Origin: Malacoraja senta
Lineage: Eukaryota
NCBI GenBank assembly: GCA_038087875.1
Contig: CM075988.1
Location: 3,286,001-3,350,000 of the forward strand
Direction: 5' to 3'
DNA length: 64,000 bases
Shown: piece by piece, positions 38,021 through 50,332 of the stretch
Numbering within the stretch: the first letter of the stretch is position 1
Layout: each line of letters starts with the position of its first letter
Program-made: the position numbers and the translations under genes
Notes under the pieces: generated by a model
Databases searched by the model: none
Seen by the model: only the letters and a program-made list of their open reading frames with translations
Told to the model about the DNA's origin: nothing

Positions 38021-40631
38021 ATGGGAAACCAGATCGATACTGCGACAGATCCAGAAAGCCCATTGCAAATAATTTGCAGTAAGTTTCCAAAAGAGGCTGA
38101 AAGATTAAAGCATTTCTTGGGAACTTTGAATAAGAAATTAGGAGGTGAGTTGTGGGCTGAAGGAGGGGTTGGAATCCTGGAGGGCGTAAGATATATTGAC
38201 AAGATTATTTGGCAATTTAGTCAAAGTGAAACTGCAAAGGAACTCAATGGACCGTGGAGACAATATTATGAAGGATTAAGAGAATGTAGAGAGGCTGCAA
38301 TAATGGCAAATTGGCAGGAGGCAGCTTTAAAACTTGGAATATAATTAAAAGATGATGAAGGGAATAAACCTCTGGATACCTTGAAAAAGAAATGTGCATG
38401 TGCTTATGAAGATCATAGGGAACGGGAGACTGAGAGGACTCCTGATGGAAAATTGGCACGTAGAATTAGAGTTGAGGGACTCGTTAGTTGGCTTTGGTTT
38501 GGAAGGGGAGACGAGGAATGTCTGGAAGATTGGGAGAATATCCGTATTAAGAGAAGTTTGCAGCCTCCAACTTACGCCCCTTTAGGCCACCTCCACCTCC
38601 AGCACCTCATGTACATAGATACATAGATACATAGAAAATAGGTGCAGGAGTAGGCCATTCGGCCCTTCGAGCCTGCACCGCCATTCAATATGATCATGGC
38701 TGATCATCCAACTCAGTATCCCGTACCTGCCTTCTCTCCATACCCCCTGATCCCTTTAGCCACAAGGGCCACATCTAACTCCCTCTTAAATATAGCCAAT
38801 GAACTGGCCTCAACTACCCTCTGTGGCAGAGAGTTCCAGAGATTCACCACTCTCTGTGTGAAAAAGTTTTTCCTCATTTCGGTCTTAAAGGATTTCCCCC
38901 TTATCCTTAAGCTGTGACCCCTTGTCCTGGACTTCCCCAACATCGGGAACAATCTTCCTGCATCTAGCCTGTCCAACCCCATAAGAATTTTGTACGTTTC
39001 TATAAGATCCCCTCTCAATCTCCTAAATTCTAGCGAGTATAATCCAAGTCTATCCAGTCTTTCTTCATATGAAAGTCCTGACATCCCAGGAATCAGTCTG
39101 GTGAACCTTCTCTGCACTCCCTCTATGGCTATAATGTCCTTCCTCAGATTTGGAGACCAAAACTGTACGCAATACTCCAGGTGTGGTCTCACCAAGACCC
39201 TGTACCTCATAGACCTTCTGTGCCTGCAGCACCACCCACACCCCCTGCTGATAGTGATCCCGTAGTATCACCTGCTCCCCAGACAGCAGCACCAGCACAG
39301 AGTTCCTTGACCCCAACAGCTCCAGCACTAACAGACACTCCAGTGGAGCTCGGAACAAGGAGCAAGACAAAGAAATTAACTCCCGTATTTCAAGAAAAGG
39401 GAAGATCACCAGAACCAGTTTATGAACCTAAACCTAGGAGAATAAGACGACCACCCAGAGAGAAAAGACATGTTTTTAAAAAGTACCGCCTTCCCCCTAG
39501 TGATGAGGATGAGACATCGGAGGGTGAAGTAGTCTCTGGGGACACTGAGAGTGAGTCAGACTTAGGAAAAATTATGCAGGCTGAGTAACTATCTCGCCGC
39601 CAGTTCCCAGTTAGGGAGATGCCTAAACCAGCCTTTGATCCGACCAATGCAGTTGGTGCCAACAATCGTCGAACCATGTGTATTTACTATGGAAACCTAA
39701 TGAAATGATGGCAGTACTGAGTTAAATACCTGACAGAAAGAAATCAACTGCTTCCTTTGTGGACTATCTCCGGACTACTATGCATGTCTATCACGCGGAT
39801 TCGAGAGATTTGTGGGCTGTAATACATAACTCCTACAGTCAGAGCATTCCAGGTTCCTTGCCACTTTAGGACACACAATTCACGAGGCACTGGCCAATGT
39901 AATTGCCAATAACAATGCAAGAGAAGATGCAGTTTTAACTGCCCTTGCCACTACAAAAGCCAATAGACATCTGGAATAGGTTTCTGGATGTTAGACCAAA
40001 GAAAGGAGAGGGAGCAGATGAGTTTCTAGAAAGGTTCTCGGAACTATATATGGATCAGTCGGGAGATTTGAATTTTCGAAATGGGGCGAATTCTCCCCAA
40101 TACTGTGCAATTTTATTTAACTGGCTGCCAACTAATGTAGCAGAAGCAATCAACACAAACCACATGGATTGGTCAGAGAATAGTGCAAATCAAATGGCCC
40201 GTGCAGTTAGGTATCATTGGACAGATATTAGACAGCAAGAGAACCAGCCCTAAATTAAGGCAAAAAACTGAATACGTAATGAAAAAGGAAGCGCCGATCT
40301 AATTTAGACTTATGGAATAGTCCTCAGACAAGAGCAAGGCATGATGGGCCAGAATGGGCAAGGGCACCAGAACCGGAGTATCCAGGTCACCCTGATGAAC
40401 CACCTCTCCTTAGAACCAATTGCCCCAAGACACTAGAGAGGGAATAGTGTATTGGGACCAGACGAATGTTATACTTGCGGCGGATTAGGTCACTGGACTA
40501 GGGTGTGCCCGACACAAAAATGACAGGACGCAGGGGGCCAACAGAGAGAGCAGAGAAGGAGCTGGCAAGGAAATCAGGGACAGAGAAGACGAACACTCTT
40601 CTCTCATAATAATCCATTCTCACGTTCCTGA
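38021..40631 (+). pseudogene. gag: ERV gag (interrupted by CR1)
   Basis: MGNQ myristoylation-type start, PPTY motif, capsid-like remnant (39945-40253), CYTCGGLGHWTRVC knuckle at ~40467, TGA at 40629. Confidence 0.85.
38611..39203 (-). mobile_element. CR1 3' fragment inside ERV gag
   Basis: ORF 38713-39210 with CR1 C-terminus; (catagata)n tail; nearly identical to 1752-2080. Confidence 0.92.
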
Positions 40632-42580
40632 TTAGCTAACTTGGTGGTGAACGGATGAAAATCTGATGAAGAACCTGTACTATCATTGCGAGTAGAAGGA
40701 AGGATATGCACCTTTTTGGTAGATACTGGGGCATCTCTGCAATCAATTTATAACCTTCCTAAGTCTAGTGAAGTTCAGAGCCTGTCCGGATTCCAGGGAC
40801 AAGTTTGCCGGTACCCCATCTCTATGCCAGTCGAAGTGGTGTATCGAAGCAAGGCAATAAAATATAGATTCGTAAGAACAAATGAATTGGATTGCAATTT
40901 AATGGCTAGAGATTTGTTCTGTGCATTTTAATTGAAAATTGAATGCAGCTACGGTGGAATAATAGTGACCCCATGGGCTCCCAAAAGGCAGTGCTATTCA
41001 TCAGTGGTCCTTAGACTTAGTAGATGAACCCTGCTTCATATCACATTGGCCTATGATAGAAGTGGCAAAAATAAAGAATTCAAAACCTTTTTCAGACCTC
41101 AAGAAGGAAGAAATTGGAATGTGAATATTTTGGCATGGGTAACAGGACAAGAAGGAACTGCAGAGTACGTTAAGATACCCCTAGATTTATGGAAACGAGC
41201 TTCAGAGGTTGCTCCACACATAATAAGGAAGGTGAATTTTCCCAACAAGTGCGAAGGACTTGGGAACAATGGTAAAGAAAGCAATTGATCTGGCAGATTA
41301 GAATGTATATGAAGAACAGAGCTTGTTTGACCAATGTACTGTTGAGTTTTACCAGACCCCGAGGACAGTTGTTGCCCAGCTACGCCAGCATCTGGGGAGT
41401 GAGGTATGTGAGTATGTGGACCGACCGGCAAGTGTGGGCAGAAGACGCAACTCAGGTAGGATGTGTTCGCATTGATCCCATCCAGGTAGCTCTCCAGAAA
41501 GGGGTGACACTGCCTTCGATACAACAGTACCCATTGAAACAACAGGCAATTCCTAGTATAGGCAAGTTAATTTGGGAATTGCTGGAATAAGACATCTTAG
41601 TGAAGTGCCAGTCTATTTGCAACACACCAATCCTTGCTGTGCCCAAGGCAGGGAAAGAGGGCCAGTACAGGCTGGTCCAGGACTTGAGATCTGTCAATGC
41701 AGTGGTAGAACCGTTCCATGCCTTGGTGCCAAACCCGGCTCATATTCTAGCTTTGATTCCAGCGGAAGCGAAGATCTTTTCAATTGTAGACCTGCAACAT
41801 GCCTTCTTATTACCTCTGCACGGACACAGCCAGTATTTATTTGCCTTTACTTACAGGGGACAACAATATATGTGGACAAGACTACCTCAGGGATTCATTA
41901 ATTTGCCCACCTTGTTTTCTCGATTTCTTCAAGGACAGTTAAGCACCTTAAACTTTAAAAGTAAATCCACTCTAGTTCAATATGTGGACGACTTGTTGGT
42001 GGCTAGTTTAGATGAGCAGAGCAATCGTGAGGATGCTACTCAATTATTGAACCACTTGGCAACCTTAGTATATGTGGTCTCTCAGTCCAAAGTGTTAACG
42101 GCTCAACAAAAAGTAACATTCCTGGGAGTGATAATTTCGGCCACGGAAAGAAGTCTAGAGAGGAGTAGAATTGAACCAATTTGTGAATTTCCTGTACCAA
42201 AAGAGGCGAAGCAGATGAGACAGTTGCTCGGTATGGTGAACTACTGCCAATCCTGGATCCCTAATATTGCACTAGACACCAAGGAATTGACTCCTTATAC
42301 TAGCCTAGAGGGCGAATTTCAGTAGTCCGAAGAAGCTCAGAAAGCTTTCGAGAATTTAAAGAGATCTTTAATGCAGGCTCCAGCACTAGGAAGGCCATTC
42401 TACGATAGACCCTTCCAACTTTACTGTACCATCCTTTCCGAATGTTAAACTGCAGTCCTCACCCAAAAACATGAGGATAAGCACAGACCAGTGGCTTATT
42501 CTTCTTCAAAGCTGGACCCAGTAGCGAGAGGACACCCAATATGCAGCCAGATCTAAACAGCAATCTATAATTGTCTACAG

Positions 42581-42645
42581 CAGTGGTGGGGAACCTTTTC
42601 ATGTTGGAATGCCGCATTAAGTTAGCTGTAATCTAATAAGGCCAG
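42581..42645 (+). mobile_element. Short hAT (Charlie-like) terminal fragment at a deletion within ERV RNase H
   Basis: Starts cagtggtggggaacctttt, resembling Charlie-type termini. Confidence 0.45.
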
Positions 42646-42995
42646 GAACGCAAGGTTTTAGTGCAAAGATGATGAGGCAGACAAAAAGTTCATGTAACAA
42701 GTCTCCCACGGAAAAGCCAATGCCAACCATCCAGGAAAATATTCAGTTGCAGGAGGAAGCTCCTGAAGGGGATATAAGATTATGGAAACAGCTTGGATGT
42801 ACAAGAGATTGCATGTCAGGATAGTGGGTCACTCCGGCAGGGCAGACATGTATGACAGATCCTCTTGCAGTTTGGGTTGTGGACTGTATGCATTTTGCCA
42901 CTCACTGTAGTGCGAGAGCAATTGGTGATGCTCTTTCAGCTACTTGGTGGCATCCAAGATTACAGACTTTGGCCCAGAAAGTGAGTAGCTGCTGT

Positions 42996-45900
42996 ATTTT
43001 ACTTCGGAGTCACGTGAGTGACTACGTGAAGAAGACCCGTCAGGGCGCATGCGCGTCATTACGTCAGACGCATTGGCGCTCACGGACGTGAGGAGCAGAG
43101 CTCTGCTCCTCTAGTGGAATGTAGTTTTTACAACTCCAAGGTAAGTAAAACACTTTTTGGGAGTTTTTTAGGTCCGTTTGCTGTGGTGGTCTGTTGCGAT
43201 TTTTTCACAGGCACCATGAACAAAACGGGCAAGGGCAAGAGGCGAGCCGCAAAGCCGATAGAGAGCCGCAGGAATGCGGTTGGTGAAGGGCTGCCTCATA
43301 CCCCTGTAACAGTCGCTGGGTGGGAGCGGGGCGACTGTGGACTTGTGTATTTAGAAAAAGAACGGAGCCAGCGTCAGTTGGGCGCTGGCCAACATGCAAG
43401 TCATGTCCATGGAGCAAGAGTCAGTTTGGGATTCACCTCCAAGGCTGGATACCACTTTCTGAGTGGATATTCCAAATGGAGAACCTGTACACTGGTTGCT
43501 CCAACAAGACATACTCCAGGAGGAGTGATGTCAGAGCCAGGCTGCAGAAGCCAGTTCAGCAGCACCTAGTAAAGGGCTGCTTGATAGCACCCTCATTGAT
43601 GAGGCGCGTGCACAGGGTCAGCAGAGTTCTCCGATACAAGCGAAGACGGCAGCTACCAGATGTTCTTTTTCTGGCAGTACGATTCGCTGCTCTGTGAGAG
43701 TTCTGACCCTGACTCTGACGGTGAGGCAGATACAAGCGAAGACGGCAGCTGCCAGATGTTCTACTCCTGGCAGTACGATTCGCTGCCCCGTCAGAGTCAG
43801 GAGAGTCAAGGCTCTGTCTTACCTGTTTGCGGTCATCGGCGGTGAAGCGCGGCGTCGCCGGTAGCGAGGACCGCGCGGCAACGGCGAGAGCGTCGAGCCT
43901 ATCCACCGGAGCGCCGCACGGATGTTGCGCGGGGGCCGAGTTAATTCAAACACGGCGGGTCCCACGTGCTTGCGGTAAGTAAAAAAAGGGCGGGCCGACT
44001 GCGATGACGTCAGCCCGCCGCACGTGACTCACCAGCGGCGGCTGTGGCGGCGGCCATCCTGATCGCGGCGCTGTAGCGGTGGCTGTGCCTGCGGCCGTGC
44101 AGCACACGTGCCTCACTGGCGGCGGCACGTGCGTCACTGGCGGCGGCACGTGCGTCACTGGCGGAGGCTGTGGCAGTGGAGGTTTGACGCACGGCGCTCG
44201 AGCCATACTGGCGGCGGCCCGTGCGAGCGGCCGTGCGCACTCGTGCATCACTGGTGGAGGTTGTGCGGTGAGTATTTAGTTTTGGACATTGTTGATTTGA
44301 TTTTAGCACCGCGCGGTGTTGGGAACACCGCCGCACGGCCCGGGAATTGTACTTTCTCACGAGTGCGCGGTCTATGGCGGCAGATTCCTCCCGTTTCGCC
44401 GCCATAGACCGCAGACTCGTGAGACAGGCCTTTAACTGGGAGAAGAAGTGGCCTCTACGATCAACTATTTTGTCTTCCATCAGCTCCAGTAGCTTACGAT
44501 GGATGAAAATGCCAAAAAAGCACGAGACCCCGTATTGCGTATTGCTGAAAGTACTAGCAATGAACCAAGATATAAGGGGTCAGATGGGCGAGGGCATGTG
44601 AGCCTAAGAAATAAAACTGCAGAGAATATTGAAGCTACTGGGTTGAGGAACAACTGCATTTTTGCAAGAACAATGGATGGAGGCCAGGGATGGAGATGCA
44701 TCAAGAGGCACTAGGGTTGCTATGTAGCGCCCACTTCGAGATGAATTGTTTCAGGAAGTATGCCATTCGGCCTACCATCATCCCCAAGTTGCAGCAACTC
44801 TGTAAAGCCCAGAAATGTGCAGTCACTCAACTTACTCTTCGGAGAAAAACCTCATGAAACGTGGGAAAGAGTTGGATGATGAGGCAAAAACAGCAAGGTT
44901 GATCAAAACATAGATTGTCGGCAAGTCTGTGAAGAGGAGGTATCCTTTCAGACATCATACAGAATCCTGGGCCTACACCAGGAACAAGTCGACCATTGAA
45001 GCAGGGGCACAGTTGGCATCCTGCAGCGGGAACACAAAAAAGCGTGGGTTTTCCTGCCAGGAGCCAGGGACCACAGGGCACTCAGGTGACAAAGGAGGTA
45101 GGTGGACCCGGTTCTCATGGAAACATATTAAGGCAAAAACTGCCAAATATTGGAAGCAAATTACTTCGGATTCATTATTCTGAGTATTATTCAAAGGTTT
45201 CGAATTGATTCGATCCAAATAGTGATTTGCCATCCAGCATGTTCCTAGCAGAACACTCCAATTTCACAAAAAGAAGTGATGGAGGTTCAAGCTGCATTTG
45301 AAAACTTGTCTATAAACAAGTAATTGAAAGGTTGGTTTATCAAAACCACCTAATTGTGTTTACATTTTCTCGACCTAAAAAGGTGAGGAGTATTTTAGAT
45401 CTGATAAGTCTTTAAAATTTTGTGAAGTATAGACACTTCAAAATGGAAACTTTGAGACTGCCAAAAAACTTATTTCAAAAGATGTTATATGGCACCTATA
45501 GATCTGAAAGATGTATATTACTCAGTGTCTGTTCATTTGTAAGATTACAATATTTGAAATTTATCTGAATTAAACAATTATGGCAAGTCAAAGTTCTGTC
45601 TAATGGGTTAACTTCAGTTCCTAGAATTTCACTAAATTGGTAAAACCAATTTTGGGGCTAATTAGAGTCCAAGGACAGATGTTGATGGCTTAACTGGATG
45701 ATGTCCTAATTAGGATGAACAAGAGAATTAGTGAGTTATCTCTCTCAATTGTTCAATCCACTTTTGAAAGTTTTGGGTTTAATTCATCCAGTGAAATCAT
45801 GGTTAACGCCACTTACAACAATTGATCATTTTAATTTCACAATAGATTCAATTGACATGGTAGTAATTTTACCCAGGGTAAAGGGTAGAGCTGATTGATG

Positions 45901-48449
45901 GTTGCATTAAGCTGTTGAAAAAGCAACAATCTTCAATTAAGACAGGTGGCCAGCTTGCCTGGAAAATTAGTGTTATTTACAGCAATACGATATGGGCTAT
46001 TGCACTACCAGCAGCTACAGACGGCAAAAAGAAAAGGCACTAAGATGCATGGTGGCCATTTTGATAGGCCATGCAGTTAAACAACAAATGCTGCCTCTGA
46101 TTTGCAGTGGTGGGTTTATAATGTCTCCAGTACTTCGAGCAAGATACTGATTGAACAGCCTTCCATGGTCTTACAGACTGATGTCAGTGCACTAGGATTG
46201 GTGCCACTGAAATGGTATCCATCTGTAGATAGATGGAATATGGAAGAGGCATTATTTTTTGCAGACATGGAGAATCAACGTTTTACAGCTGTTGGAAGGC
46301 TTATGAGCTCCAAGCTTGTTGTTAATACAACTAATCTGCATGTTCAGCTTCAAATTTACAATACTACAGCAATGGCATGTATTAATCGTATGGGTGGAAT
46401 TAAGTTGGTGTCATGTGACAAATTGGCTAATCAAATCTGGACTTGGTGTGTTGACAAATATTTGGTTTCAGCTATTGGGTACCAGGTAGATTCAATATAG
46501 TAGCAGACACCAGGTTATGGGAATTTCCATGATAACAAAGAATGGATGTTGAATCTTAAGATTTTATTGATATATTAGTCAGATTTGGGAAGCCAGATAC
46601 TACTTGTTTCCATCCAGACTCAATCACCAATTACAGAGATATGTGTTATGGGAACTACATCGGGAGACAGTAGCAATTGATGCTTTCTCGCTACATTAGG
46701 GTGGTATGTTTTTATATGCATTTTCCATCATTATGTCTCATAAACTGGTGTCTGCTTAAAATGAAGCAGGATGATGCCTCTGGGGTACTTATGGTACCGG
46801 ACTGGTCTACGCAGCCATGGTTCCCTTTGATATTGGAATTAATGACACAGTTTCTGATAAAGGTTCCCAAAAGAAGGGATTTACTGGTGTATCCGATAAT
46901 TGGAGAGTAACATCCATTATATGCCTGTATGGATCTGTTCATTTGCAGGTTTTAAAAAGAGGATTGTCTGGGCATACTGTGGACATGCTTACAGCAGTCT
47001 GGCGGAAGAGCACTCAAAAGCAGTACATTTGCGAATCTGAGGTTGTGACTCTGTAAATGCTGCTTTCCCATAATGTAAAGAATGGGAAAATGTTCTGTGT
47101 ACAAAAGAATATTGAATATTGTACGGCACATGTCTCAAATGTCTTAGGTTTTCTCAACACTCTATTATGAGGGGTTGAGTTGTAGTGCGATTTATTCAGC
47201 CAGAAGTACATTGTCCTCGATTTTTATTGATGGGGTTGGAAAGACATCCTGTTGAGTCTCGTTCTTTCGTTTCCAGATTAATGAAAGGAATTTTAATTCC
47301 AGACCTTCTAACCCTAGGTATGGCAATCTGGAATATAGAGTGGTTTTAAGGTACTTCATCAATGGACTCTTGGTACAATTCTGATTTTGGCCAAATTCAG
47401 CATGAAGGTAGTCATGCTTATGGCACTTGTAACAAGCAGAGTGCAGACATTACAAAAGATACAGATACACAGGATGGAATTACCTCAGGATAATGTTATG
47501 TTTTACATTTATGACCTACTCAAATGAAGTAGGGTCAGGTGTGACAGGATTCAAGAGTGTTTTATTAGCATATTCCATGGATTCATGTCTATGTGTTAAG
47601 ACATATTTGTTGCAATACATTGAGGCTACAAAGGTCTTATGAAATATGAAAACAAGATTGTTTATCATTCACGAAAAACCATACAAGATAGTGTCAGTTC
47701 AGACTATTTCAAGATGGTTAAAACAAGTCTTGGTTGCTGCAGGTGTTAACAGTGATGTTTTTTACATCACATTCAGTTTAGCAGCAACATCGGCGGCCAG
47801 GGTGAAGGACGTCCCGTCGACCATATTCTCGCAGCCGCCGGGTGATCTAATAAGTTGGTGTTTCAACACTTTTACCATCGGCCTATTGTCAATACAGGGC
47901 TGTTTGCAGATACTATATTAAGTTCTGCTTAAATTCCCCTGGGTTAAAGGGGATATTGTTAATTCTATTATTCAAATAAATGAATTACTGCATTTTTTCA
48001 TGCAAATGTCATTAATGCATTATTGATTATTTATCGTTCCGAGTCAATCAATGCAGTGAGAAGCCGGGATTTGAATCTGCGGCATGAAATCACAAAGCTT
48101 TAAAGTCTTCACGTAGTCACTCACGTGACTCCGAACTAAAATAGTAAGATTAAACGAGAACTTACCAGTTTGAAGTTTGATCTTTATTTTATGAGGAGTT
48201 ACGTTGGTGATTACGTGCCCACCACGCCCAACACTCTTTCATAAAGGTCAGATGGAAGTTCTAAAATGTACTCGTTTTTACTATGTTACTATGTTACTTC
48301 ATTATTGGTGTTTTGTGATTTCACACCGCTGCTTTGAAGATTGACGCGCATGCACCCTGACGGGTCTTCTTCAAGTAATCACCAACGTAACTCCTCATAA
48401 AATAAAGATCAAACTTCAAACTGGTAAGTTCTCGTTTAATCTTACTATT
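42996..48449 (+). mobile_element. DIRS-C: DIRS1-type retrotransposon with frameshifted ORFs, inserted in the ERV integrase zinc finger
   Basis: Same termini and ICR (~48107-48217) as DIRS-B; colinear gag, RT, MT and YR remnants. Removal restores tgt-att-att-tgt (C-I-I-C). Confidence 0.93.
43809..44432. mobile_element. Harbinger-type MITE inside DIRS-C gag
   Basis: Imperfect TIRs aggctctgtctta / tgagacaggcctt; TSD tca/taa; removal restores G-E-S-L-G-E-E; internal 21-bp repeat cacgtgcgtcactggcggcgg. Confidence 0.7.
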
Positions 48450-50332
48450 ATTTGTCAGAAATATAATCATGGGAAAGGAGTCGGTTGTGAGGATGGAAGA
48501 ACATCTTTGCCCATGGGTCCTTTTGAAACTCTTCAAATGGATTACATCAAGCTGGAGAAGTGCCAAGGATATAGATATGTACTTTCGATTGTCGATGTAC
48601 TCAGCAAATGGATTGAGGCCTATCCAACACTTGATAACAAAGCGGCTACTGTTGTCAAGGTGCTTATGCGAGAGATTATCCCTAGATTCGGTAATCCATT
48701 CGGTTTAGTTCTGACAATGGTCCTCATTTCATTAGGCAAATTAACAAAGAATTCTGTGAACAGCTGGACATCCAGCAACAACTGCACTGTGCTTATCCAC
48801 CACAGATGGCTGGACTTGTCGAAAGGGCAAATCAGACCCTGAAAACTAAATTAGCTAAATTAAAGGCAGAGACAGTAATTAGTTGGATGAAATTACTCCC
48901 AAGAGCTTTGTTTCAGATGCATGTCACGCATGCAGGGAAATCGAGACTAAGCCCAGCTGGAATTGTTTATGGACATCCCTTAAGAACCCCGTGGAACCAA
49001 AATGCCCTAATGTTGTCAATTTCCATCACATGACTACAGAGATGACCAATTATGTTCTGACCTTGACTCGGGCATGAAGGGATTTGCATTCTAGGGTGGG
49101 AGCAGCATACAGTGAATTACCTCCTTTGGTTTCTTCCATTAAGGTCAATCCTGGTGATTTTGTGATGGTGAAAAATTGGGTGAGGAAAGGTTTGGAGGCT
49201 CGATGGAAGGTCTCCTAATGAACCCAACTGCTCTTAAGGTAGAAGGAAGGAATGCGTGGGTCCATCTTCACCATTGCAAGAGTATTGATGGAAGAGCTAA
49301 CTTGGTTTCTTCAAGGAATTTCTTAAGTATAGGAACATCATACCCATCAAGAGTCAAGAGTACATCAAGCTGATGTGATGGATGAAGAGGATTCATGCCC
49401 ATGCAAACTCGTGAGGTGGAGACTCGTCAGTCAGGAATCATTGAAACCATGCCCATGAAAACTCGGGAAGTTACTTAGAGTTCTGACACAATTACATCGC
49501 TATTATTGTTAAATTGTATTAGAAGAACCGTTGTTATCTTACTTTGTTTGTTATCATATATGATAAAAGAGGGGAATGATAATATTAGACATTTTGGGGT
49601 ACTTGACAAAATGGAGGATTTCTGCTTCTGTAAAACCTGCTTGGCATCTTTTGAAAAAAGCTGCAAGACCATGAGGACCATGGCTACTGAAAGTCTGTGG
49701 CCTGGGAAGGGGTTGAATAGAGGTTGATGTCTAGATGGCCTTTAATTGTTAATATGTATGAGATTTTGCAGAAGGAGCTAGGTCCTGTGCCAAATGCATG
49801 CTTGGGATTGGTTGGGGAAATGATGGGATACAATAATGTTGCAGAGTCTTCCCGTCGCTAATTATGATTGATCCAGGAGAGGGGCCTCACCAAAGATGTT
49901 TACTTTACCTGGCGATAATGTTTCTTTACTTAACAGAAATGTTTCCCCGTAAGTGCCTTGTGTTGAAACTATGTTATGTGATATTATATTATTAGGTTAG
50001 GAAACTGTCATTCAATGTATTCTGCAACCCTTATTGATAATTGGCTTGTAGGGGATTTCACCCCCCCCCCCCATGTATTTTCGCGCCAAGCATCTGTAAG
50101 GGTATAAAAGAGTGGGGAGCACATTGGGGTGTGCCGATCTTCTGGGGTGTGTTCGATTTGCGCAAGGCTGTTGGGCTGGAGTAAGTAGAGACAAGGATTG
50201 CACCCATGGTATTGGACTAGGTATTGTAGTGGTATTAGTCTTGTGTAATAAAAGAGTGTTGGATTTCCAGTGCTCGTATTCGGTGTTTCACTGAACTAGA
50301 CTAAGGGGGGTAAGTTTAGGACCGAAATTACA

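Larger units (their letters stand above)
40632..49300 (+). pseudogene. pol: ERV pro-pol (protease, putative 2H domain, RT, partial RNase H, integrase split by DIRS-C)
   Basis: FLVDTGA; QYPL, NTPIL.V.K, YRLVQDLR, LPQGF, YVDDLL; H-x3-H...C-x2-C; LQMDYI, SDNGPHF, GLVERAN; WVH..HCK. Confidence 0.92.
29149..50332 (+). mobile_element. Class I (epsilon/gamma-like) endogenous retrovirus, env-less, inserted in a CR1 3' tail, with nested elements
   Basis: LTRs 29149-29885 and 49577-50332 (TG...CA, tataaaag, aataaa), TSD caat/caac, PBS-Pro, PPT aaaagaggggaa, gag/pro/pol remnants. Flanks rejoin as CR1 tail gatcatccacaa-cagtaacccg. Confidence 0.95.
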
